From positions 2,914,001 through 2,978,000 of the forward strand of contig JBLDXI010000054.1 in NCBI GenBank assembly GCA_047495785.1: 64,000 nt of DNA. Direction: 5' to 3'. Origin of the DNA: Lepidodermella squamata. Taxonomy: Eukaryota; Animalia; Gastrotricha. Each line of letters begins with the position of its first letter. Positions within the stretch are counted from its first letter, which is position 1. Below the pieces are notes generated by a model that was given only the letters and a program-made list of their open reading frames with translations, ran no database searches and was not told the DNA's origin. Both the position numbers and the translations under genes were made by a program. This document shows positions 25,447 through 39,013 of the stretch, piece after piece.

Positions 25447-26610
25447 CTAGAATTTCGAAAAAAGTCGTTTTCCACCTTTGAACCATAAGATAGCAAGGAT
25501 TGTGACAGTAAAAGCCAAACCAACAGATAGGATGACCAAGGCTGCTATTATTCCTCCATCTAGGCCATCATCTCCACTGTTGCTCTCCGGCTGCATCTTC
25601 GTGATGAATTTAGCTTCAGTAGCTGTGGCAGTGCAGGCTGGTCTGAAGGAAAGACTTCGCGGCCGTGATACGCCCCGGCAGAACTTCCCGCTGCACGATT
25701 CTTTCCTTTCAGGTAAATCAGCAACATTAGGACAATCGTCATCGCTATTGCATGGCTTATTGCTCCCGCTATATGGGGCGTCGTAGATGAAGTATGGTTC
25801 GGAAATATGCGCCTCTCCAGTGAAAAGCTTGTACCATGGAAATGGCACATTCTTCGAGTAAATTCTTGTTATTTTGATTGGCCCATAAATTTCGCCATCT
25901 GGGCCCGCCAAGTTTCCAATCTGATCAACTACGGCCTGAAGTAGATCTGGGTAAAAACCAACAGGAGGGTCGACCAGATAGTTGCCATCGTTATCGCCCC
26001 AGTCATAAGGGCCATCGGCTAAAACATTGATGTTACCAGTCTGAAGGATTGTCTTCAAGGCACCCTGTGCGTCCTTTTTGTTAGGCACAGTGAATTGAGT
26101 AAGATCATCGTCTTTGCAAGTATGGGCTCTAGCTATCTCTTTCGGAGCATTTTTCACCGCGATCTGTTGATCCACTCCGAGGAACTGAACCCTAGCAACG
26201 GCTGCATTTACAGCCCGACCAAGATCATGGGTCGAAAGGTCAGGGGAAACGATACCATGTGGGGTTTCAGCTGCGTAATTCGGGGCCATGAGGAATGAAT
26301 GCATAGTGATAACTGTGCTGCTGAACACGTTCAACTTGCCGTCGTATTGTTTCTCAGGTAGGCCAGTCATTAGCGAAGCCGTAACAGTGCCGTTGAGAAC
26401 TATGGCTACCAGATCTTCATCGTGCATCACATAGACAGGGCGAACAGTTGCGGGCAGAAGGGATTTTACTGATGCGTAATTCGAAGAGGATAGGAATCCA
26501 ACTTTCGGGTTCGGGGTGGAACCCAATTGCTCGAGAAGCTTCTCGATCGTATCAATCTGGACGTCGGCATTTGCAACACCCAGAAGTACTAGCAAAAAGT
26601 AAAATTTCAT
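25447..26610 (-). CDS. Intronless type I membrane protein with a periplasmic solute-binding (PBP type 2 / SBP family 3-like) domain, apparently circularly permuted
   Basis: 387-aa ORF with signal peptide and C-terminal TM plus basic tail. SBP-like segments: KVGFLS, DLGRAVNAAVARVQFLG, LKTILQTGNINV, VGFYPDLLQAV, LFTGEAHI. The CDS is secure; the domain call is by eye. Confidence 0.75.
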   Translation of the reverse strand: MKFYFLLVLLGVANADVQIDTIEKLLEQLGSTPNPKVGFLSSSNYASVKSLLPATVRPVYVMHDEDLVAIVLNGTVTASLMTGLPEKQYDGKLNVFSSTVITMHSFLMAPNYAAETPHGIVSPDLSTHDLGRAVNAAVARVQFLGVDQQIAVKNAPKEIARAHTCKDDDLTQFTVPNKKDAQGALKTILQTGNINVLADGPYDWGDNDGNYLVDPPVGFYPDLLQAVVDQIGNLAGPDGEIYGPIKITRIYSKNVPFPWYKLFTGEAHISEPYFIYDAPYSGSNKPCNSDDDCPNVADLPERKESCSGKFCRGVSRPRSLSFRPACTATATEAKFITKMQPESNSGDDGLDGGIIAALVILSVGLAFTVTILAILWFKGGKRLFSKF

Positions 26611-27545
26611 TTCCTGTTAGAATGAAGAATATTTATTCAATTAAGGTCATTATAGTAATTTTGAACGCATGTGATTTCACAATGATGAGTAGAATAGCGC
26701 TCATGCTTGACTAAACATTCAGGGTGATTCCGGTACAAAGCTGGAGATTACCGGACGAGAAATTCGGTTAGAAATGTCGTTAATTGGCGTTTTCTTTATT
26801 AAAGCGCAGCTGAGGTGACAAAGTGCTGCACGATACTCCCAGCTGTTGAGTTTTAGATGTGCTCTGCTCTATCTAGCGAGCTGATTAACCCCATACGGTT
26901 TCATTTATTGCCGCTGTTTCGGCATTTATTACACCCAATTCAAAACGGACGAGATAAACAATCATGGATATCACCTCGCAAATTTTATTATGCTACGTAT
27001 TAACTTTTCCTTGCACCCGCTGGCCTCGGCCATATGCGGACCCATAATAATACTTCTATTAAAAGTTGTGGTTAATTCGCGATTATTTTTCAAGGATACC
27101 TTCCAATTGGAAGAGTGTAAATGCGGCCGCGTGGATGTGGTCGACTTTGGACATGTACTGAAACCTTCGTAGAAAATGATAAAAGATTAGATTCATCGCC
27201 ATTCAAAGAAAGGACATCTTTCGGGAGATAATTTGGGCAGTTCCTGTCCTTAAAGATTGAGGATGAATAAACATAAATCGATCAACATCAGCGCAGGTCT
27301 TAAGTAGCGAAAATGAGCTTGAATTGCGTGATAAAACGAGTCAGACCTCTCCGAGAAAGCATGAATAAACCACAGCAGTGCGATTGCGGAAAGAGAAATT
27401 CTGAAACCAAAATCGATTTTCCAACCATTTACTCAATTAATTCTTAAGAGCCAAATATATGTAGTTTCTAATTATATGTATCGTATCACAAATATTTCGC
27501 GAAAATACTGCAAATGAGCATTTCGAACCCAATTTACACCTAAGA

Positions 27546-28774
27546 ATGCCGATATTATTCTTCATGATATTAACGTTGATATCATGCGTCCATTGTGAAA
27601 CTGGTAATGACGATATTAAATATCGAATTTTCGAGGAATGTAATCTTCTGCCATCTGCAACCACCCCAAACGAGCGCAACCAGTCGGCACCGCCTACGCC
27701 GTTGGATATCACTTTCATGTTCATCCGACTGGTGGACGTCGATGATGTAGCAGAGACCCTAACTATCACTGGAGGCTTCTTCCTCCAGTTCAATATACCT
27801 TGCGTTGCCGAAGCCGCGAAACGATACAATGAAACACGTTACGTGAAGGAGAACTGGATGATAACGAACACCAACGAATACTGGCGTCCACCGTATGTTC
27901 ACGAGAACAGCCGTTTCGATTACGGGCTGGGCAAAGATCTTTACTTGGTCATACTTGTAGAGCCATTCAAAGGCCTCGTGAAATATGGCGTGACAGGATT
28001 CTTCACTCCAAACTGTGAATTCAACTTCGAGAGGTAGGACTCTTCGTTTAAATCACGAGTAACTCAACAATTCTTAGGTTTCCATACGATCGCGAAAATT
28101 GCTCAATTGAACTGCAAGTCTGGCTGGCCTCAACTGACGTTAAAACCACATCACTGGGGGTCTTTTTCCTCGAAGGCGAAGAGAATTTCATAACTTGGAA
28201 TCTAGGATGGGATTTCCGTGGATACAGCGCATCCCATAGAGTTCGGCCGTTCCCACCTGTCGACTACGTAGCTGCCTCAATCTCAGTAGCTATTCAAAGA
28301 AGACCCTTCTACTTCATCTACAACTTGCTGGTGCCGTGTTTCCTCCTGTCCATTGTCCAATTAGCTGCATTCTTCATACCACCTGAGGCACCAGATAGAG
28401 CAACGTGAGATTCTGATATTACTTTCTCTGTCAAGAATTATTTGTCTCCATTCAGATTTGCTGTAACAATTTTGCTGAATTTCACTCTACTTCAGTCGCA
28501 GGTGCAAAATAATTTGCCAAAAACACCGGAGAACATCCTGATTTCAAACATGGTTTTTTGTCAAACAATCTCTGCCATGTTTATTACTCTATACAGTGCC
28601 GTAACTAATGCGTGGGTTGAGTCGTACCCCGCGGCTTCGGGTAAAAAGATGAAGCTTATCTGCTGCAAGGCGAGATATTGCAGGGTTGTTGATGGCATTG
28701 TGATGGCATTTGTTCTAACATTTTTAATTGTCGCTAATTCGACTCTTGGTATTAAAATGGCTGTGGGCGATTGA
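27546..28774 (+). CDS. Divergent Cys-loop LGIC subunit 10 (subfamily C); introns 28034-28077, 28405-28455
   Basis: Spliced CEFNFERFPYDRENC; M2 APDRATFAVTILLNFT. Confidence 0.9.
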
Positions 28775-29332
28775 AATTACGCATCTCGCCCATTTATAGA
28801 TTGCCCAGTATAACACTGTTACATGTCCTCTCGTATATATTGGTTCCTCTTGGCATAAGTTACTACAGGAATTTTGTTACCGAAGCGACGCTAAAACAAA
28901 CGTTTCTCCGCACTCATGTTGCCACTCGTTCTTTCGGCTCGCTGGCGCCTCGTCTCGTTTCCCTCGGTATACATATAATTTGGCGTAATTTTCCTATCTT
29001 TCCATGTTATCATATTCCATGAAAAAGCTGAATAAAAACAGTTATCTGAATGGTATCGAAAATATCGAATTCCTGAACATCACATTAGAAAATTTGATAG
29101 TGTTTTTCATGATTAATAATTACTGTGGTCAATCTTGATACCCAAGAAATATCCAAAAAGGTATTTCAGGCCACCAGAAAATTTCAAAATTTGGTTCCGC
29201 TAACAGGCAAACCTGGTTCCGCTACTGTAAATTAGGTTCCGCTTGTGCCTTACCTCATTGACGCCGCTGTAATTTTCTGGAAACCCCAGGCAAACCTGCC
29301 GGTTTCTACCAGCCGTTTACCGTCCTGAAATA

Positions 29333-29533
29333 CAGTGCTCCCCCGATAAAAGCACGTGGTCCGGAGCCAGACCCGTTCCTTTTAACAAAGGGTGCTTTTA
29401 CCAAATTCGGCGTACATTTATTACGAAAAGCAAATAATTGGCACCATCTGATGCGCTAATCCTTTTCGATCGTAAACAGCACTAGATAACAGAATGTGCC
29501 TTTAACCGGAACGCTTATATCGAGGGAGCACTG
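29333..29533. mobile_element. Tc1/mariner-type MITE
   Basis: TA|CAGTGCTCCCCCGATAAAAGC ... GCTTATATCGAGGGAGCACTG|TA: imperfect TIRs with a TA duplication. Confidence 0.8.
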
Positions 29534-30775
29534 TAACCTGTTTTACTTTTTGTTCTCAAAATTGCTGGAAACGCAAAAAATGAAGAATTCTTAGTGCTAA
29601 TCGTTTGTTTTACTACTTACAGGCTTTACTAATCAGTTCACTATAATCACTTCCAATTTTTTATCAGAGTTTACCCGTTATTTTAGGCCAAATATCGTCG
29701 AGATAGGCCTCTCGTAGGATCACACAGGCCTCGACATTGTTAGAAGCTCATTTGCGTTGTAGTATAATTTCCTGGTTAACCAGTCATTTTTTGATCAAAC
29801 CTGACCAAACCAGACCCATACCGGTAACCTGTTTTTCCACCGGCCAGTTTACCCACCTCTGAATCGTGCCGTGCCTCAGATTAATCTTGCCTTGGCATCT
29901 TTTGAAGTGCTCTTGCAGAGCCACTGTGTCGTATAGAAGAAGTTTCTTCTTCTTTCTTGTTGAGAGTAGTAGTATTAATCGTGCAAATTTTAAACGGGAT
30001 TTCAGGATTTTTATCCGTCTTCGAAATTTCCGAAATTATTCGTCGTTAATTTTTGATTGGCGCACGGGAGTGGATGATTTCTGGCCTAGAAGTAGTTCAA
30101 TGAACCCAATTTTTGTAATTTTTAATAAATGACAGCGGACGCATTAACATTCTCACGGCCAGTGTGGTTATTTTGGTTTATATCCTAATTTCCAAAACCA
30201 TTACATCGATTTTCCCCTGCAAAGTTTGGTGCTTGTCATTCCTGGCCTTAGCATTAGCCAACAGTATGTACCAAAATGACCAATAATCTCATACTCTGAT
30301 GAAAATGGCATATAAATCGGTCAAAATCACGATGGAGCACTGAAAATGGCAAAATTAAATGCGTGAGTAATAAAAAATTAATTCGCAAATGAGAAATGCG
30401 CAACTGGGGGCAACTTGATGGGAATGAAAGGAAATAAATTGAATGAATGTGATTTCCGCGATCCTTAATTGGAGGAATCAATCTGAAAATAAGTTGTGAA
30501 TTTCTTTGGATTGATATTATCTACATTCAATTCTCAAACATAAATTTCCTAAACTCTGCTATCGTCCTGCATAGTTCTAGTTTCCCCATTTATGCGTTGC
30601 CGAACTGAGCTCTCTGGGGCTTTGAAGCTTTTACAAAATAAATTAATAACATCCATTCTCTCAACATCGATGAATTAATAATTTAGTAGCGAAATTTGCA
30701 AGAATCAAGAATGCCTCGTATAAATCACAAATATTTATACAGCATACTGAGTAGATATAACCAATTTTTGATTGA

Positions 30776-32018
30776 ATGATGCAAACGTTTTATTTACCTT
30801 TAATATTATCATGGGTGTCGTCTTCTCTATGCGACTCTAAAAGTGATGACGTTAGATATCGAATTTTCGAGGAATGCAATCTTTTGTCAGCCGCAACCAG
30901 CCCAAATGAGCGCGACCAATCAGCACTGCCTACGCCGTTGGATATCACTTTCATGTTCATTCGACTGGTGGACGTCGATGATGTAGCAGAGACCTTAACT
31001 ATCACTGGAGGCTTCTTTCTCCAATTCAACATATCTTGTGTAGCCGAAACTACGCAACGTTACAGTGAAACGCGATACGTGAAGGACAAGTGGCTGATAA
31101 CGAATACCGACGACTATTGGCGACCGCCGTATGTTCACGAGAACAGCCGTTTCGATTACGGCTTGAATAAAGATCTCTTCCCAGTAATCCTGGTGGAGCC
31201 ATTCAAGGGCCTGGTAACATTTGGCAATACAGGATTTTTTACCACTAGCTGTGAGTTCGACTTCGAGAGGTAAGAAGAATGAGTCAAGAATGAGTTATTT
31301 GAATCAAGCTTATAAGGTTTCCATACGATTACGAAAATTGCTCCATTGAACTTCAAATCTGGCTAACTACTTCTGAGGCCATAACCACGTCTCTGAAAGT
31401 CTTTTTCCTCGAAGGCGAGGATAATTTCATCTCTAAAAATCTGGGTTGGAAGTTCCTCGGATATAACGCAATACATAGGGTTCGGCCATTCCCGCCGTTC
31501 GACTACGTAGCCGCGTCAATCTCGATTTTAATTCAAAGACGTCCTTTCTACTTCGTATACAACTTACTGGTGCCAGGATTTTTGCTTGCTATCGTCCAAT
31601 TGGCTGCATTCTTCATACCGCCTGAAGCACCTGATAGACCAACGTAAGATTTGAAAGTGTGTTTCTTGATGATATTTTTATTTGTAAGCATTCTGTCACC
31701 ATTAGATTCGCTGTTACAATATTGCTGAATTTCACAGTGCTTCAGACGCAGGTGCAGAATAACTTACCGAAAACCCCCGAGAACATCCTGATTTCAAACA
31801 TGATATTTTGCGAAACTATTTCTGCCATGTTCATTACTATTTACAGTGCTGTAACCAATGCGTGGGTTGAATCGTATCCGGGAATTGCCGGGAAAAAGAT
31901 GGTCTGTTGTGGTTTGAATGCGAGATATTGCAGAGTTGCTGATGCCATAGTAATGGCATCTGTTTTAACATTTTTAATAGTTGCTAATGCAACTCTCGGC
32001 TCGAAAATGGCTTTGTGA
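30776..32018 (+). CDS. Divergent Cys-loop LGIC subunit 11 (subfamily C); introns 31270-31316, 31644-31705
   Basis: Spliced CEFDFERFPYDYENC; M2 APDRPTFAVTILLNFT. Confidence 0.9.
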
Positions 32019-33133
32019 GACATTAAATACAGATTCCGTGCATTGGGCTAACCCGGTGTAACTTTGTACCTATTCACTCCACTTACCTCCGTTCCGATGC
32101 ATCAAGGTGGCACGCTGTTTCTTTCTTCTTGTTTCCTTTTATTTCTTTTTGGGGCAGCTTACTGCCAACGAGACTGCCCCATGTCGACTGATGCAAGACC
32201 TCGTGCCGTTTCGATTCCTCACGGGAAAGCGGCAGGTAAATCCGTTAAAAATAGCGTAACCGTTGCACAAACGGTGAGGATTTTAACGGGGCTTTCTGCC
32301 TATCCGGCCTTTTCTCAAGGCTCTGAGCTTGTCTTCAACCTGATGTTCTTCTTATTACTGGCGACGTAGGGTGGTCAGTTAATGGCACCGAACCAATGCT
32401 TCACTTCTACTCAACTTCCAGCGAAATAGTACTTGGCTGATCTGCTCAGCAGCGAACATATAGATCTTGGTGGCATTTTGATCGCGATGATGTTAACAGG
32501 AGCCGCGATATAGGCCACTACTAATTGTCGGTAAAGAGTACACGTTTGTTGTCTGTAATTGCGGCAGTTGCATTGATCAAACCCCTTTGAATATGGTCAG
32601 GATAAACAAACGAGGATATCGCATCGCCCATATTCAGTAAACTGCGAAAATCTATGTTCTGTAGTCACGCGACTGCTTCGTTGGCATTATGAAGAAAGAT
32701 AATAACTTCACTGGAAAAACAGAATTAGTGGCCATGGCCATTGTGGAGGCCTCATTGAGCTCATCCTGTCTTTTAATGCTTTTAAATATCTACATGCCAA
32801 TGGTATTATTAATAGGAACTGAGATCAATCGATTAACAACAACAGCCGCACAGGTCTTGAGAAGCGGAATTGAATGTGATTTGCGTGATATCGCGTCTTA
32901 TAATCAATTAGGCCACTCATTCCCCGGTATGAATAAACTAGCCAGGTGAACAAAATGCTAATAAAAGCTTGCAATTGCATAAAGAGAAGTCATACTACTC
33001 ATAATCGATTTTTCGAACCATTTACTCAACCTTGATAAATCGATTCTATAAGAGAAAACATAGTGGCTACTATCCCTCAGATTTTTGGAAAATAACACTC
33101 AGTGAGCATTGCAAACCTGGAAGAGATTGGAGA

Positions 33134-34375
33134 ATGCACGTAAAATTGGTGATAATAGTGTTATCGATTACATTGGGCATATATTGCGAAACTGGCAACG
33201 ACGACGTCAAATTCCGAATTTTCGAAGAATGTAATCTATTACCGTCGGCAACAAGTCCGAACGAGCGTGACCAACCGGCGATACCAACTTCAATGGACAT
33301 AAATTTTATGTTTATCCGACTGGTGGACGTCGACGATGTTGCAGAGACCCTAACTATCACAGGCGGCTTCTTCCTCCATTTCAACATTTCCTGTGTTGCC
33401 GAAGCCGCGAAGCGATACAATGAAACACGTAATGTGAAGGAGAATTGGATGATAACGAATACCAACGACTACTGGCGGCCGCCGTATGTCCATGAGAACA
33501 GTCGATTTGATTACGGCTTGACTAAGGACCTTTACTCGGTCATACTGGTCGAGCCATTCAAGGGTCTCGTTAAATATGGCGTGACTGGATTTTTCACCCC
33601 GAGTTGCGAATTCAACTTCGAAAGGTATGAATAGCGTTTCTCGATACTTTTTTAAATGAAATTCTAGGTTTCCATACGATCGGGAAAATTGCTCGATAGA
33701 ACTGCAAGTCTGGCTGTCCTCATCAGACGTTAAAACCACGTCATTGGGGGTGTTCTTTCTGGAGGGAGAAGACAATTTCATATCGCCGAATCTTGGCTGG
33801 AAATTCTTGGGCTACAACGCAAGGCATAGAATCAGGCCGTTTCCTCCCATCGACTACGTAGCCGCCTCAATCTCAGTAGCCATTCAAAGAAGACCATTCT
33901 ATTTTATCTACAACCTGCTAGTACCATGTTTTCTACTCGCCATCGTTCAATTAGCTGCATTCTTCATCCCGCCTGAAGCACCAGACAGACCAACGTAAGA
34001 TCCAAAGGATTTATATCTCTACTTTCATAGATCGAATATTTTCTGCTTAGATTTGCTGTAACGATATTACTGAACTTCACGGTACTCCAGGCGCAAGTTC
34101 AGAACAACTTACCGAAAACCCCGGAGAACATCCTGATTTCAAACATGATATTTTGTGAAACCCTCTCTGCCATGTTTATCACTCTCTACAGCGCTATAAC
34201 CAATGCTTGGGTTGAATCTTACCCCGATACTGCAGGGAAAAAGATCAAGATTCTATGTTGCGGCTGTAAAGCAACATATTGCCGGGTGGTTGATGGTATA
34301 GTTATGGCATTTGTTTTAACATTTCTAATTGTTGCAAATTCGACTCTTGGTATTAAAATGGCGTTAGGTGAATGA
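33134..34375 (+). CDS. Divergent Cys-loop LGIC subunit 12 (subfamily C); introns 33625-33667, 33995-34050
   Basis: Spliced CEFNFERFPYDRENC; M2 APDRPTFAVTILLNFT. Confidence 0.9.
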
Positions 34376-34612
34376 AATAAACAAATTAAAGACAGATTCC
34401 ATGCATATTTCAGGGCTCGGCGCACTTGAAATTAAACCTTCGTGGAATCCAAGTTCTCATAATGCTTAATCATTTGAAGCCTTTAGCTTACAGCATAGCG
34501 TATGTTTTATACTTTGACGCGAAGAACAGCCCGGTGCGTGTAGTTAAACTTTCTTTACTTATGAGGAGTGCGTTCAAAACCTCTTTGACCGGACAGGAAT
34601 GAGAAAACGCTT

Positions 34613-35648
34613 ATGTTGATGGCTACTCGAGCCCTATACAAGCCAACACACTGCCTTCTCAAAACTATCGCACTGATCCTAATCGTGCTAGTTCTGTACT
34701 ATTGCTACCCCTTAATCAGTATTTTACGAGCTGTGATATCGCCAAATCAAGTAACCATGCTTGAACTCAGCCAAACTCGAAGAGATCTGAATTCAACGCC
34801 ATTCTCAGCTGAATCTTGCATAATCCATCAAACATACGCAACTGAAAAAATTCCCTATTATTGGTACCCGACGTGGCAAACATGCCAGCGATTCAACGAA
34901 CACAACTGTCAAATCCTACTATGGACGGACAAACTCATTCGAGAGTTCTTCGAGGCTGAATATCCGTGGTTTTTAGACGTCTACGATTCCTACCCGTATG
35001 ACATTCAACGAGTTGACGCTTTCCGATACTTTGTCCTCTATCATCATGGTGGAATTTATCTTGATCTAGGTAATTATCACACCGAATATTAGTCCCTATA
35101 TTTGCCTTATTTCGATAGACATTGGATGTAAACATTCAATCAGCTATTTTATGAAATTTGGTGGCGTTATTCCTGTGACAACTCCCTTCGGTTTCTCGAA
35201 TGATTTCCTATCAGTCGGCCGGAGCCAGCACCCGTTCTATAAGCGATTGATAGAATCGCTAGTCGTCTGGAACCGGTGGATTTTGAGTCCTTATTTAACT
35301 GTTCTCATGACAACCGGGCCTCTGTTCCTGACGCTACAATATCATTTAGCTGCAGAGGAAGAAATTCAAGATATCGTAGCAATTGGGCCGGCTCTCTACA
35401 GCGAAACGGGCCTGTTTTTCTGGCATATCAGCGGAAGTTCTTGGCACGGGTGGGATATAATTCTCATCCGGAGAATACTTGACTATCCTCAATTATTCGT
35501 TGCCAGACTTCAGAGTGTCATCAATTTTTCTGTTGTAATTATCATTGTTGTAGCGATATTTTTGAGATTCAAACGGTATATGAAGCCCTTAATTTTGTAT
35601 TGCACAACGTATGCCTGTAATATTAGATGTACGCTGTGTAATAAATAA
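34613..35648 (+). CDS. GT32 DXD glycosyltransferase, SUR1/CSH1 (MIPC synthase)-like, copy 1; intron 35070-35118
   Basis: N-terminal TM, IIHQTY, YPYDIQRVDAFRYFVLYHHGGIYLDLD, PFGFSND, TGPLFLT, GSSWHGWD. Confidence 0.87.
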
Positions 35649-35763
35649 CGTTGAGCATGATATTTTTGAAAACAAAACAAGAATGGGTAATACTACGTGT
35701 GACCTCCAAGAACGACAGCACAACAACACAACACCAGGTGAAATAATACGCGATACAGAAGAG

Positions 35764-36820
35764 ATGAGCGCCACCGCGTTGTCGCACAATGTTTGCTCAC
35801 GTATATTCTCTACATTCTCGTAATATATTTCTCGTCGGCTAAAAACTGCTTCGCAGCAATTCTGCTCGGCTGTCGGAGGTTTTTCTACCTGTTGTCCATG
35901 CATCGGCTCTTTTCGTATTCTTCGGGCTCGCTGGAAATATCTTCCCAATTTTATGCGCTATCAAGGCGGCTATCCTACCGAATGCTATAAATCTCTTGCC
36001 ATCCTCGTCCAATTTCTCCGAAGCTGCAGTGAAAAGTCGCCATCAATATCAGCCTTGCATCATCCACCAAACTTACAAAACTAAGTCTATCCCGTTAAGG
36101 TGGTCGGAATCGCGATATGCAGTCATAGAAATGCATGCAAACTGCACTTATATGTTTTGGACCGACGATGACATCCGGCAATTCATAGAATCAGAATACT
36201 CATGGTTTCTACCAACTTACGACGCTTATCCGTACGCTATCCAGCGGGTCGATGCTTTCCGCTATTTCGTCATCTACCATTTCGGCGGGGCTTACATCGA
36301 CCTAGACGCTGGATCTAAGAAATCCGTCGAGCCTCTGCTTGATAACTTTGGTCTGGTACTAGCGGAGACATACCCGTTTGGGTTTACCAACGACGTAGTA
36401 ATCGGCCAAAAAGGCAATCAATTTCTGAAACGTTTAATTGACCAGCTTACGATCTGGAATCGGTGGTATTTGGTGCCTTACTTGACCGTAATGCTGAGCA
36501 CAGGCCCGCTTTTCCTCACTATTCAATACCATCTTGCCAGTCTTGATGAAATCGGGGAGGTAGCCGTACTTTCTTGGGACGCGTATGTCGGAAAATCCGG
36601 GTTTTTCATGCATCGGGCTGGTAGTTCCTGGCACAATTGGGACGCAAAGCTGCTCGGACTTCTGTACGAATTCTCCCTCGAAACGTTGCTGCTAATAACT
36701 ATTTTACTTTTAATTTATCATCTCCAAAAGCATTTGATGATGCTTTTTGTTGCCGCCTCAAAGTTGCTGATGAGAATCTCCCAGCTGTGCTGTAATTCCC
36801 CTATTGTTGTGATAAATTAG
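35764..36820 (+). CDS. GT32 SUR1-like glycosyltransferase, copy 2 (start exon uncertain; possible intron 35820-35856)
   Basis: Same motifs (GGAYIDLD, GSSWHNWD). The reading frame is open upstream of 35996 through a TM segment but has no in-frame ATG without splicing. Confidence 0.8.
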
Positions 36821-37432
36821 GTTTTAAAATAAATGGATTCTGATGAACAAAGCCGCGAAATTCGTCTTTTTAATCGTTTCACTGACGGCGCTGATTTACT
36901 GCGCTACATTGCTCAATTTGATCAGTGCAGCGATTTCCCAGAATTCAGCCCCGTTATTCGACAATTTTCACCGAATTCCACTTGCCAACAGAACTTCGCC
37001 CTGGACAAAGAGGGGCAGATAAAAGTACGCCCTATAACGGACGCTACCAATACCTACACCTCCAGATTGGACAAGGCCCTGTATAAAAAACTGGCCCACA
37101 GTGTGGACCAACTTTATACTTGCATTCAATCGAGTACCGCCGCCTTAAGGGGAATCAGAAATATCCCAAAAGACAAAATCACCCCGGACCTGACTTTCGT
37201 CACAGCGGATATCACGGACATGTACAATGTAATCCCACCAAAGGAGGCTATAGACGCCCTGTTTAACTTCCTATGGGACAACAATATCCTAGATTCGGAC
37301 ATCAGGAATTTGTTCTGCGAAGCGGTATTTCTAGTGATCTCCCACAATATAGTGGAGTTCAATGGAAACTTCTACAAGCAACTTAAGGGACTAGCCATGG
37401 GGGCATCTCTAAGTCCTTTCTTAGCCAACTGC

Positions 37433-37848
37433 CATGAGACGTACCAGGACGCAGCGGCTTCGAAGCTCCCGTTATCCGGGTTTGCGAAAAAATCACGTGA
37501 TGTGTTTAGCATAAGTGTGCATAAAAATTACTTTCGATGGCAAATTTTTTATTTATTAAAAAATAAATTTGCCATCGATAATAAAAATTAAAATTGAAAA
37601 CAGAATAACTGATCTTTTTCGCGACGCGCCGTTTTCTTAAAGATCGAGATCTTCAGGCCACTGCAAAAAGCTGATCTTTGCGTAAATAAGTGCTTTTCGT
37701 GAATGAGATTTTTTGCTGGTCGCAGCAGAAAAATAACGATCGCTGCTAATGAGGTTATTTTTAGCCACAATGACCTTTGGACCTTATTAAAAAATAACAC
37801 AGAAATCAGACATTTAAATCGAGGCGCTGCGTCCTGGTACGTCTCATG
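37433..37848. mobile_element. hAT-type MITE nested in the Penelope-like RT
   Basis: 24-bp perfect TIR CATGAGACGTACCAGGACGCAGCG; 8-bp TSD CCAACTGC at 37425-37432 and 37849-37856. Removal restores the RT frame SPFLANCWLHMKE. Confidence 0.92.
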
Positions 37849-39013
37849 CCAACTGCTGGCTCCACATGAAAGAACGGAATTTATTCAGAACATGTGAGGC
37901 CATCTTCATCAAAAGATATCTGGATGATCTCCTAGCTATCTTCGCCAGTTTGAAGCAAGCCGAAGAATTCATCCACAGATATGAATCCTTGTCACCCCAC
38001 ATCAAACTGGAGTTCAAAATCTCGTCGACAAACTTTGACTATTTGGATTTCACTGTCAGGAAGCTTAACAACTTTCTAGACATCTCGGTTCACTTTAAAT
38101 CCAACGACAGCTTAGCCTTACTGCATAGAAACTCACACCACCCCCAACATGTGTTCGGAGGGATCGTCGAGAGTCAAACCTTGAGATATCTAAGAATTTG
38201 TAACACTGTCGATAACTTCCTAACGGCTTGGATCAGCCTCGCCAATAGCCTTCTGAAACGGGGATACGACTGGAAATTTCTCGTACGTTACTCACTTCAG
38301 ACAATCAAGAAATACAGCCAGTTGCCCTGGCCTTATGAAACCCTACACCTCAACACGGATAGAGATGACTACCTTTCCAGAACCTCCCTAGTCTATTGCG
38401 ACGCGATCAAACCTTTGATTGATCTCTACCGTTGCCACAACAAAGCGTCCACTTCAGTCGGACGAAATGTCAAGAGTAGGTATACCTCTTCCAAGGTCCA
38501 GGGTAAAGGAAAAATATTTTCCTCTCTCTCCCTACAACCAACCGAATTTTTTGTCAAAAAGTAGCGAGATTTAAAGAGAAAAGTTTTCTCGCAATTTCTC
38601 GTAACTAATTTAACCTGTCTTTGCAGAACCAGACTAGCATCGGCGATCGGTGAAAAATGATGAAGTGACGGCGTTTACAGTGAGCGGAAGAAGAATGATC
38701 CACGAACTTCAATGAGTATGTATCATCAGAATCATAATAAAGAAATGCGAAGGAATTAATCTGTTTGAGTCTTGATTATTGTTGGAGCCTGAGGAGAATA
38801 TAAACATGCAGCGGTCACTTCTCAAGTAACTGTTTTATTTATATTAAAATAATTTTCCTGCCCTGCAACAAGGAGTTCTAAAAACCTTCTGAAAAAGAAG
38901 AAAATAACCTTCAAACATCCGAAGGCGCGTAAACTTGTAGTAACCTCCTACGAGACTTCGGCATGTACCTCGGATTCTCCTTGATTTTCTTGAAAAAGGG
39001 TTAAATAAAATCA

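Noticed and set aside
36840-36868. Second hammerhead (CTGATGA...GAAA...TC)
   Set aside because: No stem II or stem I pairing; it overlaps the glycosyltransferase start codon.
36833-37591. 252-aa ORF as a single protein
   Set aside because: It is a chance fusion of an off-frame glycosyltransferase 5' end, Penelope RT and MITE sequence.
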